64,000 bases of DNA from Planctomycetota bacterium. GTDB lineage: Bacteria > Planctomycetota > GCA-002687715 > CAIWVZ01. The stretch lies in the NCBI GenBank assembly GCA_044222185.1, contig JBGANV010000001.1, positions 576,001-640,000 of the forward strand, written 5' to 3'. The position numbers were made by a program, and so were the translations under genes. The notes beneath the pieces were generated by a model. It saw nothing but the letters and a program-made list of their open reading frames with translations. It did not search any database and was not told where the DNA came from. This document shows, one piece after another, positions 49,327-58,675 of this stretch (position 1 is the stretch's first letter; the number at the start of each line of letters is the position of its first letter).

Positions 49327-50199
49327 ATGGGACGGATGGAAGATGCACTCCGCAAGGCGGCGGAAGAGCGCGAGCGGAAACGCCTCCTGGATCGGCCGGG
49401 CGCGGCCGCCGGCGCGACGAGCGGACCTGCGCATTCGGGGGGCATCGGGGCGGCGGATCCGCCACGCGCCGAGCCCGAGCACCGCGACCCGCCGCCGCGC
49501 GCGGCGCACGAGCCGAATACGGCTGCGCGGGTTGCGGCCTTCAACCCGCCGGCCGGCCGTATCACTGCGGCTCCCGACGAGCGTCTCATCGTCCTGCACT
49601 CGCCGTCCGATCCCAGGGCCGAGCAGTTCCGCAAGCTGCGTGCGAACCTGTTCTCGCTCCGTCCGGCACCACGCGTCATCATGGTGACGAGTGGCGCCAA
49701 GGGGGAAGGCAAGAGCCTCGCCGCGGCCAACCTCGCGCTCACCCTCCTCGAGATCGAGGCCGGTGACGTGCTCGTGGTCGACGCGAACCTCCGTCATCCG
49801 GAACTCGCCGGGCTGCTCGCGGTGCGCACGGGCCCGGGCTTGAGCGAAGCACTGGCAGGGCACGAGTCGAACCGCCGATCGGTCGTCCAGGCGAGTCCGA
49901 TCCCCGGGCTCTCGGTCGTCGCCGCCGGCGCAGCTGGCGTCGCGGCCGCACGTCTCTTGGCTCCTGCGACGCTCAAGAGCTTCCTCGACGAGGTGGGGGC
50001 CGGGTTCAAGTACATCGTCGTCGACACCCCCTGCGTGACGGATTACGCCGACGCGACTCTGATGGCCTCCGACGTGGACGGCGTCATCATCGTCGTCGCG
50101 GTCGGCGCCGGTGTCCGCGAGTCCACCAAGAAAGCCGTCGACGTCCTGGAGGCGTCACGGGCGCGCATCCTCGGAACGATGGTCGTCACGTCGGCCTGA
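49327..50199 (+). CDS. CpsD/CapB-family BY-kinase-like ATPase
   Basis: EQFRKLRANL, Walker A GEGKS, VVDANLR, IVVDTP. No C-terminal Tyr cluster. Confidence 0.85.
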   Translation: MGRMEDALRKAAEERERKRLLDRPGAAAGATSGPAHSGGIGAADPPRAEPEHRDPPPRAAHEPNTAARVAAFNPPAGRITAAPDERLIVLHSPSDPRAEQFRKLRANLFSLRPAPRVIMVTSGAKGEGKSLAAANLALTLLEIEAGDVLVVDANLRHPELAGLLAVRTGPGLSEALAGHESNRRSVVQASPIPGLSVVAAGAAGVAAARLLAPATLKSFLDEVGAGFKYIVVDTPCVTDYADATLMASDVDGVIIVVAVGAGVRESTKKAVDVLEASRARILGTMVVTSA

Positions 50200-50205
50200 T
50201 GTGCC

Positions 50206-51402
50206 GTGCGCGTCCTCCTCTTGGTCCATCGAGTGCCTTATCCACCGGACAAGGGCGACAAGATTCGCTCCTTCCGGATCATGGAGGCTCTCTGTGAGCA
50301 CCACGAGGTTCACCTGCTGACCCACGCCGACGACACCGCGGATCTGGCATTCGTCGGTGAGCTGGAAAAGCGTTGCCGATCGGTGCACGTGGTTCCGATT
50401 TCCGCCGTCCAATCGAAGGGGCGGATGGCGGCAGCGCTCTTCCGCGGTGAGGCGCTCTCGGTCGCACATTTCGTCGATCGCCGCACGACCGTTCTCGTCG
50501 AGAACCTCATCACAGGCATCGACCCGGAGCTGATCGTCGTCTACTCGTCTCAGCCGGTGCGTTATCTGCCAGCGAAGCTGAACGTGCCGGTCATCGTCGA
50601 CCTGGTCGACGTCGATTCGGAGAAGTGGCGCGCCTACGCCGACGACTCCTTTGGGCCCATGCGCTGGTTGTATCGCCGCGAGGCGCGCGTGGTCCGTGAG
50701 CTCGAGAAGGAGATCGTCCGCCGCGGCTATCGCGTCGTCGTCGTCTCCGAGCGGGAGGCGGACGCGTTTCGCGCGGCGGTCGCGCAGGTCGACGTCAGCG
50801 TGATCCCGAACGGCGTGGATGCCCCGCGATCCGTCGCCCCTGGTGCCTCGCGCGACGAGAACCTCATCCTCTTCGTCGGCGCCATGGACTACACGGCGAA
50901 CGTGGAGGCCGTCCGACGCGCCGCGATGGAGGTCCTTCCGCTGATCCGCACGCGCCGCCCGTCAGCGCGATTTCGCATCGTGGGTCGGAATCCGACGCGG
51001 GCCGTTCGGGCGCTGGCGGAGCTTCCCGGCGTGGAAGTGACGGGCGCCGTGGCCTCGGTAGCGCCGCACCTCGAAGCCGCGGCCGTCAGCCTGGTTCCCC
51101 TTCGCGTTTCACGGGGCATCCCCAACAAGGTCCTCGAGGCCTTCGCACACGGAGTCCCGGTCGTATCGACGGGAGATGTCGCGCGTGCCGTCTCCGCCAC
51201 CGACGGTGAGCATCTTCTCGTCGCCGAACGCGACGAAGACCTGGCCGCAGCGACCGTTCGACTCCTCGAGGACGCCCCGTTGCGCGATCGCATCGGGACC
51301 GCGGCACGCACGTTCGTGACCGGACACTACCGCTGGGACCGCATGGTCTCGGCGTTCCAGGCGCTCGCGTCGGAGACCGCGACGCAGGAGGTCGTTGGCT
51401 GA
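50206..51402 (+). CDS. GT4 glycosyltransferase, XrtA/PEP-CTERM-system type
   Basis: HRVPYPPDKGDKIRSF, DLVDVDSEKW, FVGAMDY..N, RGIPNKVLEA. Confidence 0.88.
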   Translation: MRVLLLVHRVPYPPDKGDKIRSFRIMEALCEHHEVHLLTHADDTADLAFVGELEKRCRSVHVVPISAVQSKGRMAAALFRGEALSVAHFVDRRTTVLVENLITGIDPELIVVYSSQPVRYLPAKLNVPVIVDLVDVDSEKWRAYADDSFGPMRWLYRREARVVRELEKEIVRRGYRVVVVSEREADAFRAAVAQVDVSVIPNGVDAPRSVAPGASRDENLILFVGAMDYTANVEAVRRAAMEVLPLIRTRRPSARFRIVGRNPTRAVRALAELPGVEVTGAVASVAPHLEAAAVSLVPLRVSRGIPNKVLEAFAHGVPVVSTGDVARAVSATDGEHLLVAERDEDLAAATVRLLEDAPLRDRIGTAARTFVTGHYRWDRMVSAFQALASETATQEVVG

Positions 51403-52766
51403 TGGGTCTTCGCTTCATCGCCATGCTCCTGTACACGCCGGTCGCCTGCGGCATGGCCGTATTCCGACCGTACTGGGGGCTCATCCTCCTCGTCGCCATG
51501 TACTACTTCCGGCCCGACATCTGGGATCAACCGACGTGGTTCCGTCCGCAGATGTGGCTCACGGTCGCGGTGGGGGTGGGCTGGCTCACGCACCTGAAGA
51601 CCTTCCGATTCAACCTCCTGATGCTCCTCGGGACGCTGGTCGTCGGCCTCGGGTTCGGCACTTCATTCTTCGCGGCGGTGGACCCGGTCTATTCCTACGA
51701 CGCGTCCATCGTGGTGATGAAGGTCGCGGTGCTCATGTTGTTCACGGTCAACCTCGTGGACACGAGTGAGAAGCTCCAGCATTTCTTCTGGGCCAACGTG
51801 CTCGGGATGCTCTGGAACCTGAAGACGATCCTCATCACGGGAATCGGCGGCGGCGAGATCCGCGCGCAGCGAGTGGACGTCGGAGTCGGTCAGGGCGGTG
51901 GGGCGAACTACATCGCGATGATCCTCGCGATGACGGTTCCCATCCTCTACATGCGGATCCTCAACGGCCGTGGACGCGAGCGAACGATGGCGATCATGCT
52001 GATCCCGCTCTACATCCTCGGACTCGTGGTGACGGGATCGCGCGGCGGCTTCTTGAGTGCTGCCGCCGTGGCACTGTTCCTCTTGTGCACGTCCAACAAG
52101 AAGATCCTCGGGTTCTCGCTCATCAGTGTGCTCTTCGCGTTCTTCATGCTGGTCCTGCCGGCCGCCTACGTCGACCGCCTCGTCCAGGGCTTCGGTGACT
52201 CCCAGACGCGCGACTCGTCCGCCGACTCGCGCCTGAAGCTGTGGCAAGCCGGATGGACGATGTTCAAGGAGTACCCGCTCCATGGCGTCGGTCTGGACAA
52301 CTTCTCCCTGCTGTCACCGCGGTACGCCGGGTTCTACGCATCGAAAGCCATGGACGCCTACGTGGCCGGAAAGCGCGGAGCCGGATTCGTCGCCCACTCG
52401 ACCTGGTTCCAGATGCTCGCGGAGGGCGGCGTGCTGTTGAGCCTCCCATTCTTCGGGATGTTCTTCGTCACGTTCCGGACGCTCAGTCGCGTGAAGAGGG
52501 CCAACCTGCCGGATCCCCTGAAGGGGCGAATACGCGAGCAGGCGACGGTCCTGCAGGGCATCTTCATCGCGTTCATCGTCTCCTCCACCTTCGGAAGTCA
52601 CCTGAAGATCGACTTCATGTGGTGGTACTTCGGCGCCGTTGGGGCGATGGATTTCATCGTGCGCGACGCCGTCGCGAAGCAGGAGGCAGGGATCCGCGCG
52701 GCGCGGCTTGCGGCCAACCGTGAGAGCTTCGAGCGCGCACCGGAAACGGCCGGAGCCGGCGTCTGA
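51402..52766 (+). CDS. O-antigen ligase/Wzy-like membrane protein
   Basis: Multi-TM, TGSRGGFL, SADSRL..W..G..M...P..GVG, AHSTWFQMLAEGG. Confidence 0.82.
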   Translation: MGLRFIAMLLYTPVACGMAVFRPYWGLILLVAMYYFRPDIWDQPTWFRPQMWLTVAVGVGWLTHLKTFRFNLLMLLGTLVVGLGFGTSFFAAVDPVYSYDASIVVMKVAVLMLFTVNLVDTSEKLQHFFWANVLGMLWNLKTILITGIGGGEIRAQRVDVGVGQGGGANYIAMILAMTVPILYMRILNGRGRERTMAIMLIPLYILGLVVTGSRGGFLSAAAVALFLLCTSNKKILGFSLISVLFAFFMLVLPAAYVDRLVQGFGDSQTRDSSADSRLKLWQAGWTMFKEYPLHGVGLDNFSLLSPRYAGFYASKAMDAYVAGKRGAGFVAHSTWFQMLAEGGVLLSLPFFGMFFVTFRTLSRVKRANLPDPLKGRIREQATVLQGIFIAFIVSSTFGSHLKIDFMWWYFGAVGAMDFIVRDAVAKQEAGIRAARLAANRESFERAPETAGAGV

Positions 52767-52782
52767 GCGCGAGCCACTGACC

Positions 52783-54681
52783 ATGTGCGGCGTCGCAGGC
52801 ATCTACTCGCCGGAAGGTGTGGGGCCCGAGCACGTCGTTCGCACGACGGCGATGATCCGCACGCTGCGGCACCGTGGGCCCGACGGTTTCTCCGTCGTCA
52901 CGCTCGACACCGCCGTCATCGCGCATGCACGCCTGGCGATCATCGACCTGACGACGGGCGACCAACCCGTCGGCAACGAGGATGGCAGCGTGCAGGTCAT
53001 CCTGAACGGCGAGATCTACAACTACGTGGAGCTGCGCGCCGAGCTGCTCGCCCGCGGTCACACGTTCCGCACGCACTCGGACACGGAGGTCGTCGCTCAC
53101 CTCTACGAAGAGGTCGGCGACCGATGCCTCGACCGCCTCCGCGGCATGTTCGTGATCGTGATCCACGACGCGAAACGACGCCGGTTCATCCTCGCCCGCG
53201 ACCGCCTCGGCAAGAAGCCGCTGTACTGGGCCCGCACGCCGCTGGGCGTCTGTTACGCCAGCGAGCCGCGGGCGTTGCTCGCACTCGAAGACGTCGATCG
53301 CTCGGTCGACCTCGAAGCGCTCAACCACTTCCTGACCTGGCAGTACGTTCCGGCGCCGTGGTCGATCTACCGCGGGATCCGGAAGGTGCCGGCGGCGACG
53401 GCGGTGGTCTTCGACGAGACCGGCGAGCACGTACGCGAGTTCTGGGACGCGTGCCCGGGCGATCTGGACCCGCTCTCGTCCGACGAGGCCGCCGCGCGCC
53501 TGCGGGACACGCTGGCGACGGCTTGCCGCATCCGGTTGCGGAGCGACGTCCCGCTTGGGACGTTCCTCTCCGGTGGGATCGACTCGGGGCTTGTCGCCGC
53601 GTATTCTGCTCGCGCGATGTCGGAGCCGCTCCGCGCGGTGACGATCGGGTTCGGAACACCGGCCGACGAGACCGGGCTCGCTCGCGCCTCCGCGCGCAAG
53701 ATCGGCCTCGCGCTCACGGAGCGCCGGCTGGACATCGACGTCGCTGCGGCGGCGACCGAGGTCCTCGACTTCATGGACGAGCCGCACGGCGACTCGTCGT
53801 GCCTGCCAACGTGGCTCGTGTGCAAGGTGGCCCGCGAGCAGGTGACCGTCGCCCTCTCCGGAGACGGGGGTGACGAGAGCTTCGGCGGATATGCCGCGCG
53901 GTACTCGGAACAACTCGCCCTCGAGGGAATGCGATCGTGGATGCCGACCGCGATCCGCTCCCCCGTGTTCGGAACGTTGGGCCGGCTCTGGCCCAGGGAC
54001 GCACGGTTGCCGCGGAGCTTGCGACTCGCGAAACCGCTTGCGAGCCTCGCCCGGGATTCATTCGAAGCCTGGGCCCACGACCGATCCATCCTCGCACCGC
54101 CGGAACTCGCCGCATGGTCTACCCCGGCGTTCAAGACCGCATCCAAGGACTTCTCGCCCCACGAGACGCTCCGCTCTCGTTGGGATCGCTGTGCGGGGGC
54201 TCCGGCGCTCGAGCGACTGCTCTACATGGACCGGCACAGCTACATGACGGAAGGCGTCGTCGCGAAGGTGGACCGGATGAGCATGGCCCACTCGTTGGAG
54301 GTCCGCTCGCCGCTCCTCGATCACGAGGTCGTGGAGCTGTCGCTTCGCGTGCGCCAGGAGGACAAGGTCGCCGGGGGAGTCGGGAAGCGGATCCTCCGTC
54401 GCCTCGCCGCGGAGGTTCTTCCGCCGGAGGTGACCTCGGCGCCCAAGAGCGGTTTCGCACCACCCATCGTCGCGTGGCTGCGCGGGCCGCTGAAGGCGCT
54501 GGTCCAGGAACGCCTGCTCGCACCCGATGCGGCGACGTCCGCGGTCCTCGATCCGTCGGTGACGCGCCGCATCGTGGATGAACATCACTCCGGGCGCCGG
54601 GACCATTCCCAGAAGCTGTGGAGTCTGCTCGCGCTCGAGAGCTGGGCGCGACGGTTCGCAGGCGGAAGGCTCCTTCCATGA
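52783..54681 (+). CDS. asnB: Asparagine synthase-family glutamine amidotransferase (polysaccharide-associated)
   Basis: MCGV, HRGPD, NGEIYNY, ARDRLGKKPLY, LSGGIDS, SGDGGDE, DRMSMAHSLEVRSP. Confidence 0.92.
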   Translation: MCGVAGIYSPEGVGPEHVVRTTAMIRTLRHRGPDGFSVVTLDTAVIAHARLAIIDLTTGDQPVGNEDGSVQVILNGEIYNYVELRAELLARGHTFRTHSDTEVVAHLYEEVGDRCLDRLRGMFVIVIHDAKRRRFILARDRLGKKPLYWARTPLGVCYASEPRALLALEDVDRSVDLEALNHFLTWQYVPAPWSIYRGIRKVPAATAVVFDETGEHVREFWDACPGDLDPLSSDEAAARLRDTLATACRIRLRSDVPLGTFLSGGIDSGLVAAYSARAMSEPLRAVTIGFGTPADETGLARASARKIGLALTERRLDIDVAAAATEVLDFMDEPHGDSSCLPTWLVCKVAREQVTVALSGDGGDESFGGYAARYSEQLALEGMRSWMPTAIRSPVFGTLGRLWPRDARLPRSLRLAKPLASLARDSFEAWAHDRSILAPPELAAWSTPAFKTASKDFSPHETLRSRWDRCAGAPALERLLYMDRHSYMTEGVVAKVDRMSMAHSLEVRSPLLDHEVVELSLRVRQEDKVAGGVGKRILRRLAAEVLPPEVTSAPKSGFAPPIVAWLRGPLKALVQERLLAPDAATSAVLDPSVTRRIVDEHHSGRRDHSQKLWSLLALESWARRFAGGRLLP

Positions 54682-56654
54682 GCGGGGACATCGAGCCGGG
54701 CCTTCGGCGGCGTATCCATCGGTTTCTCTGGATCGTGCTGGTTGCCGCCGCGGCGGTCCGGATCGTCGCCGTGTTCGGCCAGGGTCTCCCCGAGTGCTTC
54801 TTCCCGGACGAAGTGAACGCCGTGCAGAGGTCGCTGGCCTTCGGGGTCCGCAAGTCGCTGAACCCCGAATGGTTCAACAAGCCGGCGCTCGCCTATTACC
54901 TCTGGTTCGTTCTGTACGGAGGCTTCTACGTCGTCGGTCGAGCCGTCGGGCAATTCGGATCTCCCGATGAGTTCGGCGTCTGGGCGATCGACCACGTGGG
55001 TCCGTTCGTACTCATCGGACGCCTGATGGCGACGGCGTTCGGGATCCTCACGGTCTGGTTGACATACCGGCTGGGCGCGCGGGTTCGCGACCGCGCGACG
55101 GGTCTCGTGGCTGCGCTGGCGCTGGCGTTGACGATCGGCCACATCGAATCGGGGCAGTGGGTGAAGGAGGATGTCCCGTGCGCGTTCTTCAACACCGCGG
55201 CGACGATCGCACTCGTCGGACTCGTGGATGCCGGGCGGACGAAGGACGCACGCCGCGCCGGTCTCCTGGCCGGGCTGGGGATGGCGACCAAGTACTACTC
55301 CATCGCGCTCGCCGTCCCTGCCATCGTCGCGAGCTACCTGCGTAGTCCCGCCGGCGCGACTGGCGGCGGGTGGAAGCGGGGAACCCGACTTGCCTCGGTC
55401 TTCGGCCTGCTCTTCGTCGTCGGGTTCTTCGTCGGGTCGCCCTACAACATCCTGGATCCGTCCTTCTTCAATGGCCAGGTGAAGCCGCGTCTGCAGGACG
55501 TCATGCACATGTTCTTCGGGGCCATCGGGCTCCCGCAGGTGAAACGCACCACGTTCGTTGGGGAGCACGGCGGAAGGTTCATCGACGTGTGCCTCGCGTC
55601 TGCGGACTCGCTCTGGAGCAGCGGGGGAGTGGGGCCCGTGTTCTGCGTGCTGGCGGTCGTGGGCCTGGCGCGGGCCTTGCTCAGACGCCGGCGGACCGAC
55701 ACGTTCCTCGCATTCGCCGGCGCGTGGCAGTTCGTGCTGATCTCGGTCTTCAACCGCCAGTACTCGGAACCGCGTCACCTCGTGGTGCTGTACCCGTTGC
55801 TCGCGATCTGGGTTGCCGAGGCGATCACGCTTCCATTCTGCGCCGCCGCGCGGTTCCGCGGGGTCGGGCGCACGGCCGTTGCGCCGGCGCTCGCGCTCCT
55901 GCTCGCGTCGTGCCTCGTTCCCACCTGCGAGCCGTCCGTCATCGGAGCGATCGTCACGCGGACGCGCGACGCCCTTTCGGGGGACACTCGCCTCCTCGCT
56001 ACGCGTTGGGTCGAGGAGAACGTCCCGGAGGGTTCGACGATCATCGTCGATCAGGAGGTGCTCGCGTTGCGGATCTCCGAGGGGCGGGCCGACTGGGCAC
56101 TCGACCAGATTCGCGGGATGTCCGACCAGGCGGCGCAGGCGCAGCGCCTGAAACTCCGAAAACGCTCAGCGCAGGTCGACCACACACGGCCGACTTTCGA
56201 CACGCTCTGCATGCAAGTTCCCTGGTGGACGGAGTACGAGGACCGGATCGACGAGGGCCGAAAGGGCCGCGACATGACGTGGCCCTACAAGTTCGTCAGC
56301 GAGCCGCCGGACGTTCCTCCCGTCGAGCGTTACGCGCGCCGACCGAGCGGGGTCGAGTCCGCGTCGCCCCAGGAACTGCGCACCCGATGGCCCGCCTCGG
56401 TGCATCTCGTCGAGGGAAGACCGGCCCTCTGGGTCGCCGCCGTCGAGACGACCTACGCCAACTACAAGCGGGACACGAAGCGCATCGACTTCAAGAGCCG
56501 CGCCGAGTTCTACGACGATCTCCTGGCTCACTACGACTACCGGGAATGGACGGCAGGACGCGGTGTCGCCGGCCCGACGGTTCGTCTGTTCGACCTCACG
56601 CAGCGTGTTTCCGGCCGGCCACCACGGGGCGTCGAGATGCTCCCGCCGCGTTGA
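54678..56654 (+). CDS. GT-C fold membrane glycosyltransferase (GT39/PMT or ArnT-like)
   Basis: PDE loop after TM1, KPAL, GL.G.ATKY, multi-TM, C-terminal soluble domain. ATGA overlap with asnB. Confidence 0.75.
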   Translation: MSGDIEPGLRRRIHRFLWIVLVAAAAVRIVAVFGQGLPECFFPDEVNAVQRSLAFGVRKSLNPEWFNKPALAYYLWFVLYGGFYVVGRAVGQFGSPDEFGVWAIDHVGPFVLIGRLMATAFGILTVWLTYRLGARVRDRATGLVAALALALTIGHIESGQWVKEDVPCAFFNTAATIALVGLVDAGRTKDARRAGLLAGLGMATKYYSIALAVPAIVASYLRSPAGATGGGWKRGTRLASVFGLLFVVGFFVGSPYNILDPSFFNGQVKPRLQDVMHMFFGAIGLPQVKRTTFVGEHGGRFIDVCLASADSLWSSGGVGPVFCVLAVVGLARALLRRRRTDTFLAFAGAWQFVLISVFNRQYSEPRHLVVLYPLLAIWVAEAITLPFCAAARFRGVGRTAVAPALALLLASCLVPTCEPSVIGAIVTRTRDALSGDTRLLATRWVEENVPEGSTIIVDQEVLALRISEGRADWALDQIRGMSDQAAQAQRLKLRKRSAQVDHTRPTFDTLCMQVPWWTEYEDRIDEGRKGRDMTWPYKFVSEPPDVPPVERYARRPSGVESASPQELRTRWPASVHLVEGRPALWVAAVETTYANYKRDTKRIDFKSRAEFYDDLLAHYDYREWTAGRGVAGPTVRLFDLTQRVSGRPPRGVEMLPPR

Positions 56655-56843
56655 GTTGCGGCCGGGCCGCAGCAGAACCGATGCGATTCCTAAGATTCTG
56701 AAGCGAGGCGGTTGTCATTCCGTCTCCGACCGCGACGCTCGAGTGGGTGTATCCTCGAAGCGATGTCGGGCTCGCACCATTCCGGTGCAAGCCCATGGAA
56801 CGTAAGCCCTTTGTTCACCGAAGCTCAAGAAGCCGATTCACGA

Positions 56844-56871
56844 TTGACGACGGGAAAGTGGTGGCTATACT
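56844..56871 (+). promoter_or_regulatory. Candidate sigma70 promoter for the sugar transferase
   Basis: TTGACG-N16-TATACT. Confidence 0.6.
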
Positions 56872-57048
56872 CGCACCCGTTTTGAGCGGAGCCCCATCCG
56901 CTGATGGCCGGTGCTGAGCGAGGCACCGGTCGCGAGACCCGCGAGTGCCTGTGGGTGCTCCACAGTCCGTGCAGAAGTCAGTCGTCGTACTACACTTGAT
57001 GTCGGAGAGCGTTCCGCCTCGGGTGCGCGTCGCGTTCATCGAAACAAC

Positions 57049-57663
57049 ATGACCCTCGCGTCGTTAGTCCTCCGCAAGCGCTTCATCCTCGTCAAAGAGG
57101 CGGTCGATCGCATTGCGGCGTTGATGGGCCTGCTGATCTTCAGCCCGGTGCTGCTCATCCTTGGACTCTTGATCAAACTGACGAGCCGCGGACCTGTCCT
57201 CTTCACACAGCAGCGGGTCGGAAAAGACGGGAAATCGTTCAACATCATCAAGCTTCGCACGATGGTGTTCGATGCGGAACAGCACACGGGTCCGATCTGG
57301 GCCACGGCCAATGATCCTCGGATCACGCGCCTTGGCCGCTTCCTTCGGATGACCCATTTGGACGAAGTCCCCCAACTCATCAACGTCATCCGAGGCGAGA
57401 TGAGCATCGTGGGGCCGCGTCCCGAACGCCCGATGTTCGTCGATCGGTTCCGCGATCAAATTCCCAATTACTGCGAGCGCCTGCGCGTCAAGCCAGGAAT
57501 CACCGGACTCGCCCAGGTCTGTCACAAGTACGACGAGACCGTCAAGGACGTGAAGTACAAGCTCGCCTACGACCTCCTGTACATCCAGAAGATGTGCCTG
57601 ATGGTCGACATTGCGATCCTCTTCATGACGTTCCGCCGGCTCACCGGCACCGGCGCGCGCTGA
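57049..57663 (+). CDS. Priming phosphoglycosyl transferase (WcaJ/ExoY-like sugar transferase)
   Basis: KLRTM, DPRIT, LDEVPQL.NVIRGEMSIVGPRPE, VKPGITGLAQV. Confidence 0.93.
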   Translation: MTLASLVLRKRFILVKEAVDRIAALMGLLIFSPVLLILGLLIKLTSRGPVLFTQQRVGKDGKSFNIIKLRTMVFDAEQHTGPIWATANDPRITRLGRFLRMTHLDEVPQLINVIRGEMSIVGPRPERPMFVDRFRDQIPNYCERLRVKPGITGLAQVCHKYDETVKDVKYKLAYDLLYIQKMCLMVDIAILFMTFRRLTGTGAR

Positions 57664-57757
57664 TCGTCGAATCGTGCAGCCCCCGCGGCAGTGGCCGCGC
57701 CACCCATCCGACTCACCTTGAGCCCCCGCATGGTTCGATGAGACTGTCTGTCGGGCC

Positions 57758-58669
57758 ATGATCGATCGCAAAGCCACACGCCCCGCCAACGCCCTCACGG
57801 TCGACGTCGAGGACTACTACCAGGTCACCGTCTTCAGCCGCATCCGACGTGACGAGTGGCCGGGATTCGAGTCCCGAGTCCAGGCGAACACGGAACGCCT
57901 GCTCACCCTCTTCTCCGAGAAAGGCGTCAGGGCGACGTTCTTCTGCCTGGGCTCCGTTGCCGAACGCGCGCCGGACCTGGCGCGGCGGATCGCCGCCGAG
58001 GGCCACGAGCTCGCCAGTCACGGTTTCAGTCACGCGTGCCTGCACGACCTCTCCGACGCGGACGTCCGCGACGAACTGGACCGCAGTCGAAAACTCCTGG
58101 AGGACCTGTCCGGTGCGCCCGTGATCGGATTCCGTGCGCCGTCGTTCTCCATCACGCGCCGCAACCTGCGGGCGCTCGACGCGCTCTTGGACGCTGGCTA
58201 CCTGTACGACTCGAGCGTGTTCCCCATCGGCCGTCCCGATTACGGGATCGGTGACGCACCGCGCGATGCCTACCTCGCGCGCGCTCCGTCGGGCCGCGCC
58301 ATCGCCGAACTGCCACCGACGGTCTCCGACTTCCTCGGCAGCCCGGTTCCGGTCTCAGGCGGCGGGTACTTCCGCCTCTTCCCGCTGGCGGTCACGCGCT
58401 GGGGACTCGAGAAGGCCAACCGCGAGGGGCGCTCTGCGGTCTTCTACCTTCACCCGTGGGAAGTCGATCCGCATCAGCCGGACCTTCGCGCCCGGACCTC
58501 TCGACTCGGGGCATTCCGTCATTACGTCGGTTTGAAGAAGACGGAGTCGAAGCTCCGCAAGCTGATCGACCGCGTGCCGTTCGGTCGAGCACGCGACGTG
58601 CTCGAAGCGCGCGGGCTTCTGGGCGGCGTGGACTCGTCGCGCGCCGTCGATCTTTCGGCGACGCGCTGA
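57758..58669 (+). CDS. Polysaccharide deacetylase, XrtA-system type
   Basis: NALTVDVEDYYQV, HELASHG, GFRAPSFSI, GGGYFRL, FYLHPWEVDP. Confidence 0.9.
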   Translation: MIDRKATRPANALTVDVEDYYQVTVFSRIRRDEWPGFESRVQANTERLLTLFSEKGVRATFFCLGSVAERAPDLARRIAAEGHELASHGFSHACLHDLSDADVRDELDRSRKLLEDLSGAPVIGFRAPSFSITRRNLRALDALLDAGYLYDSSVFPIGRPDYGIGDAPRDAYLARAPSGRAIAELPPTVSDFLGSPVPVSGGGYFRLFPLAVTRWGLEKANREGRSAVFYLHPWEVDPHQPDLRARTSRLGAFRHYVGLKKTESKLRKLIDRVPFGRARDVLEARGLLGGVDSSRAVDLSATR

Positions 58670-58675
58670 TCGCGG

